A stretch of DNA of 63,745 nt, the filler included, from Gonapodya sp. JEL0774 (Eukaryota): the NCBI GenBank assembly GCA_027604505.1. It is 15 parts of 15 records of this genome, joined end to end, with 100 filler letters (N's around TTAATTAATTAA, not from the genome) between each part and the next. Parts side by side here need not be neighbours in the genome. Positions count along the whole stretch, not along the records: positions 59,620 to 63,745 come from JADIIX010001038.1; 14 more parts are not named here. One strand, given 5' to 3'. The position numbers and the translations under genes are program-made. Within the stretch, counting starts at the first letter, position 1. The number at the start of each line of letters is the position of its first letter. Positions 62,455 through 63,745 of the stretch are shown here, one piece after another. Under the pieces are notes generated by a model that saw only the letters and a list, made by a program, of their open reading frames with translations, had not been told where the DNA came from and did no database searches.

Positions 62455-63274
62455 ATGACGACCGTCCGCCAACCTCCCGAGAACCGAACGGCCACCGAAC
62501 AAGCTGCTGGAACTCTCGCAAAGGTTTCGTCAGAGGCCGATCCATGGCCCCACTTTGGGCTTGCCGGAGCATGTAATTATATCTCAGAACCAACCAAGCT
62601 CTAAACCTGCTCGCCACTAAGAGTTTCATTTCCCTCTTCTGCATCCAGGTGGTGCCGGCGCTTGGTACGCCAATACTCTCCGCTCCAACCGAAACGCGGC
62701 TTACGTGATGGGCGGCCTCGGGCTAGCTTACACCTACGCGGGTTACCTTCTTTCTTCCGGAAGAAATAGAGACGTTAGATTCGGTTACGATGTGGCCGCG
62801 TGGGTGATCCGTGCTCACAGAGCTTGAAAGCTGATGTTTCGTGATCGAATGAGCACTTTGCGATGACGCGATCTTTGCTTTTCTCTTCATCAGGTTCACG
62901 TCGGGTATTCTCACCGCGTACACGGCTCCTAGAGCATGTGAGTGTCACCATTATTCAGTTGATCAGTCGTTTTCAGGACTAAGTGCCTTTTCATCGTTTC
63001 CGTTACTTACGGTATCTCAAACATCGTCGGTTCCAGTCAGCGCCCGTGCGCCTGACGCAATTGTACTTGCAGCTCTGGGTGGTGTTTCCTCACTGGGCAA
63101 CTTGAACAAGTCTTACCAGATGAGGTGCGTTGGTGTCCCTTATATAAGCCCTACGAATTGGGGATACCCAATACTGGCGGTGATATCGGCCTTTGCTCAA
63201 ACACAATTTTCATGAATGTTTTCCCCGTTGATAGAACCGGGAAACCGAAAGATGCTCAGGTGTACGCAGCGTAA
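62455..63274 (+). CDS. TMEM14-like small membrane protein (multi-exon)
   Basis: PHFGLAGA|CGAGAWY, GLAYTYAGYLL, GYDVAA|FTSGIL and PDAIVLAALGGVSS..N..KSY resemble the TMEM14/Tmh11 helix pattern. Confidence 0.6.
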
Positions 63275-63476
63275 GGAATCGGATTGGGTGGAGTTGGGAA
63301 GAAGGAGTTGATCGAAGTGTTTGAGGGTGGGATAGCTTGTTTTTTTCACAATGGAAAAGAATTAAAAAAAGATTTACTGTAATTGGTTCTGAGAGAGGGA
63401 TGTTGATCTTGGTGTGTGGCGAACATGCACTGACGTCATCGAACCCACCAAGCGGCGGATTCATTTCATTACAACC

Positions 63477-63745
63477 ATGACCAATTCCACGGCCACCATT
63501 CCATTCCCGTCACCTGATCACTCATACGACGACTCGAGCGAATCATTCTGGCCCAAGGACGTGTGGATCTTGGCCGCGCTGTTCGCTGCGGCGATGCTGG
63601 CGTGCACAGGATGCATCATGGGATGCTGCGCGTGGCCACGAAGGGGGACGAGGATGAGACGGAGAAGAGTAAATGATGATGAACGAGCGCGAGAGGTGGG
63701 TGACTGTCATCTTTCGTCCTTATCAATATGGCAAACAGTCCGGGG
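63477..63745 (+). CDS. Single-TM protein N-terminus (partial)
   Basis: MTNST...VWILAALFAAAMLACTGCIMGCC followed by basic RRGTRMRRRR and a GT donor site. Confidence 0.4.
   Translation, partial: MTNSTATIPFPSPDHSYDDSSESFWPKDVWILAALFAAAMLACTGCIMGCCAWPRRGTRMRRRRVNDDERAREVGDCHLSSLSIWQTVR

Overview
This window is not one locus. It is 15 separate contigs of about 4.1-4.2 kb in decreasing size (4180 to 4126 bp), joined by artificial 100-bp spacers (N44-TTAATTAATTAA-N44). Gene neighbourhoods therefore mean something only within a contig. The DNA is from an intron-rich eukaryote, most plausibly a zoosporic (chytrid-type) fungus, because fungal-type housekeeping genes (PUT2, UNC-50/GMH1, MRPL20, CDC34, DED1, SLC1-like) co-occur with the axonemal genes CFAP20 and SPAG17/PF6. 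Contigs 1, 9, 11 and part of 14 are CpG-depleted transposon relics: a chromodomain Ty3/Gypsy with its 3' LTR, nested Copia and other LTR fragments, and a Dada-like DNA transposon. The most unusual items are: (1) the Dada-like transposase carries an AT-hook and an OTU-like protease and lies next to a tRNA-like cassette that also reads as an LTR end plus PBS; (2) a compact intronless cassette (GH114 plus an F-box/LRR-like ORF) bounded by a 14-copy 55-bp tandem array; (3) an FN3-CCCH-SAM-U-box E3 ligase; (4) an intron-containing bacterial-type DUF1003 gene with a long C-terminal extension; (5) a Cache-HAMP sensor with no output domain; (6) tandem catalytic-domain-only RNase H1 genes; (7) a 5'-truncated PUT2 with a 7-nt microexon. 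All family calls come from motif recognition by eye and no database searches were run.
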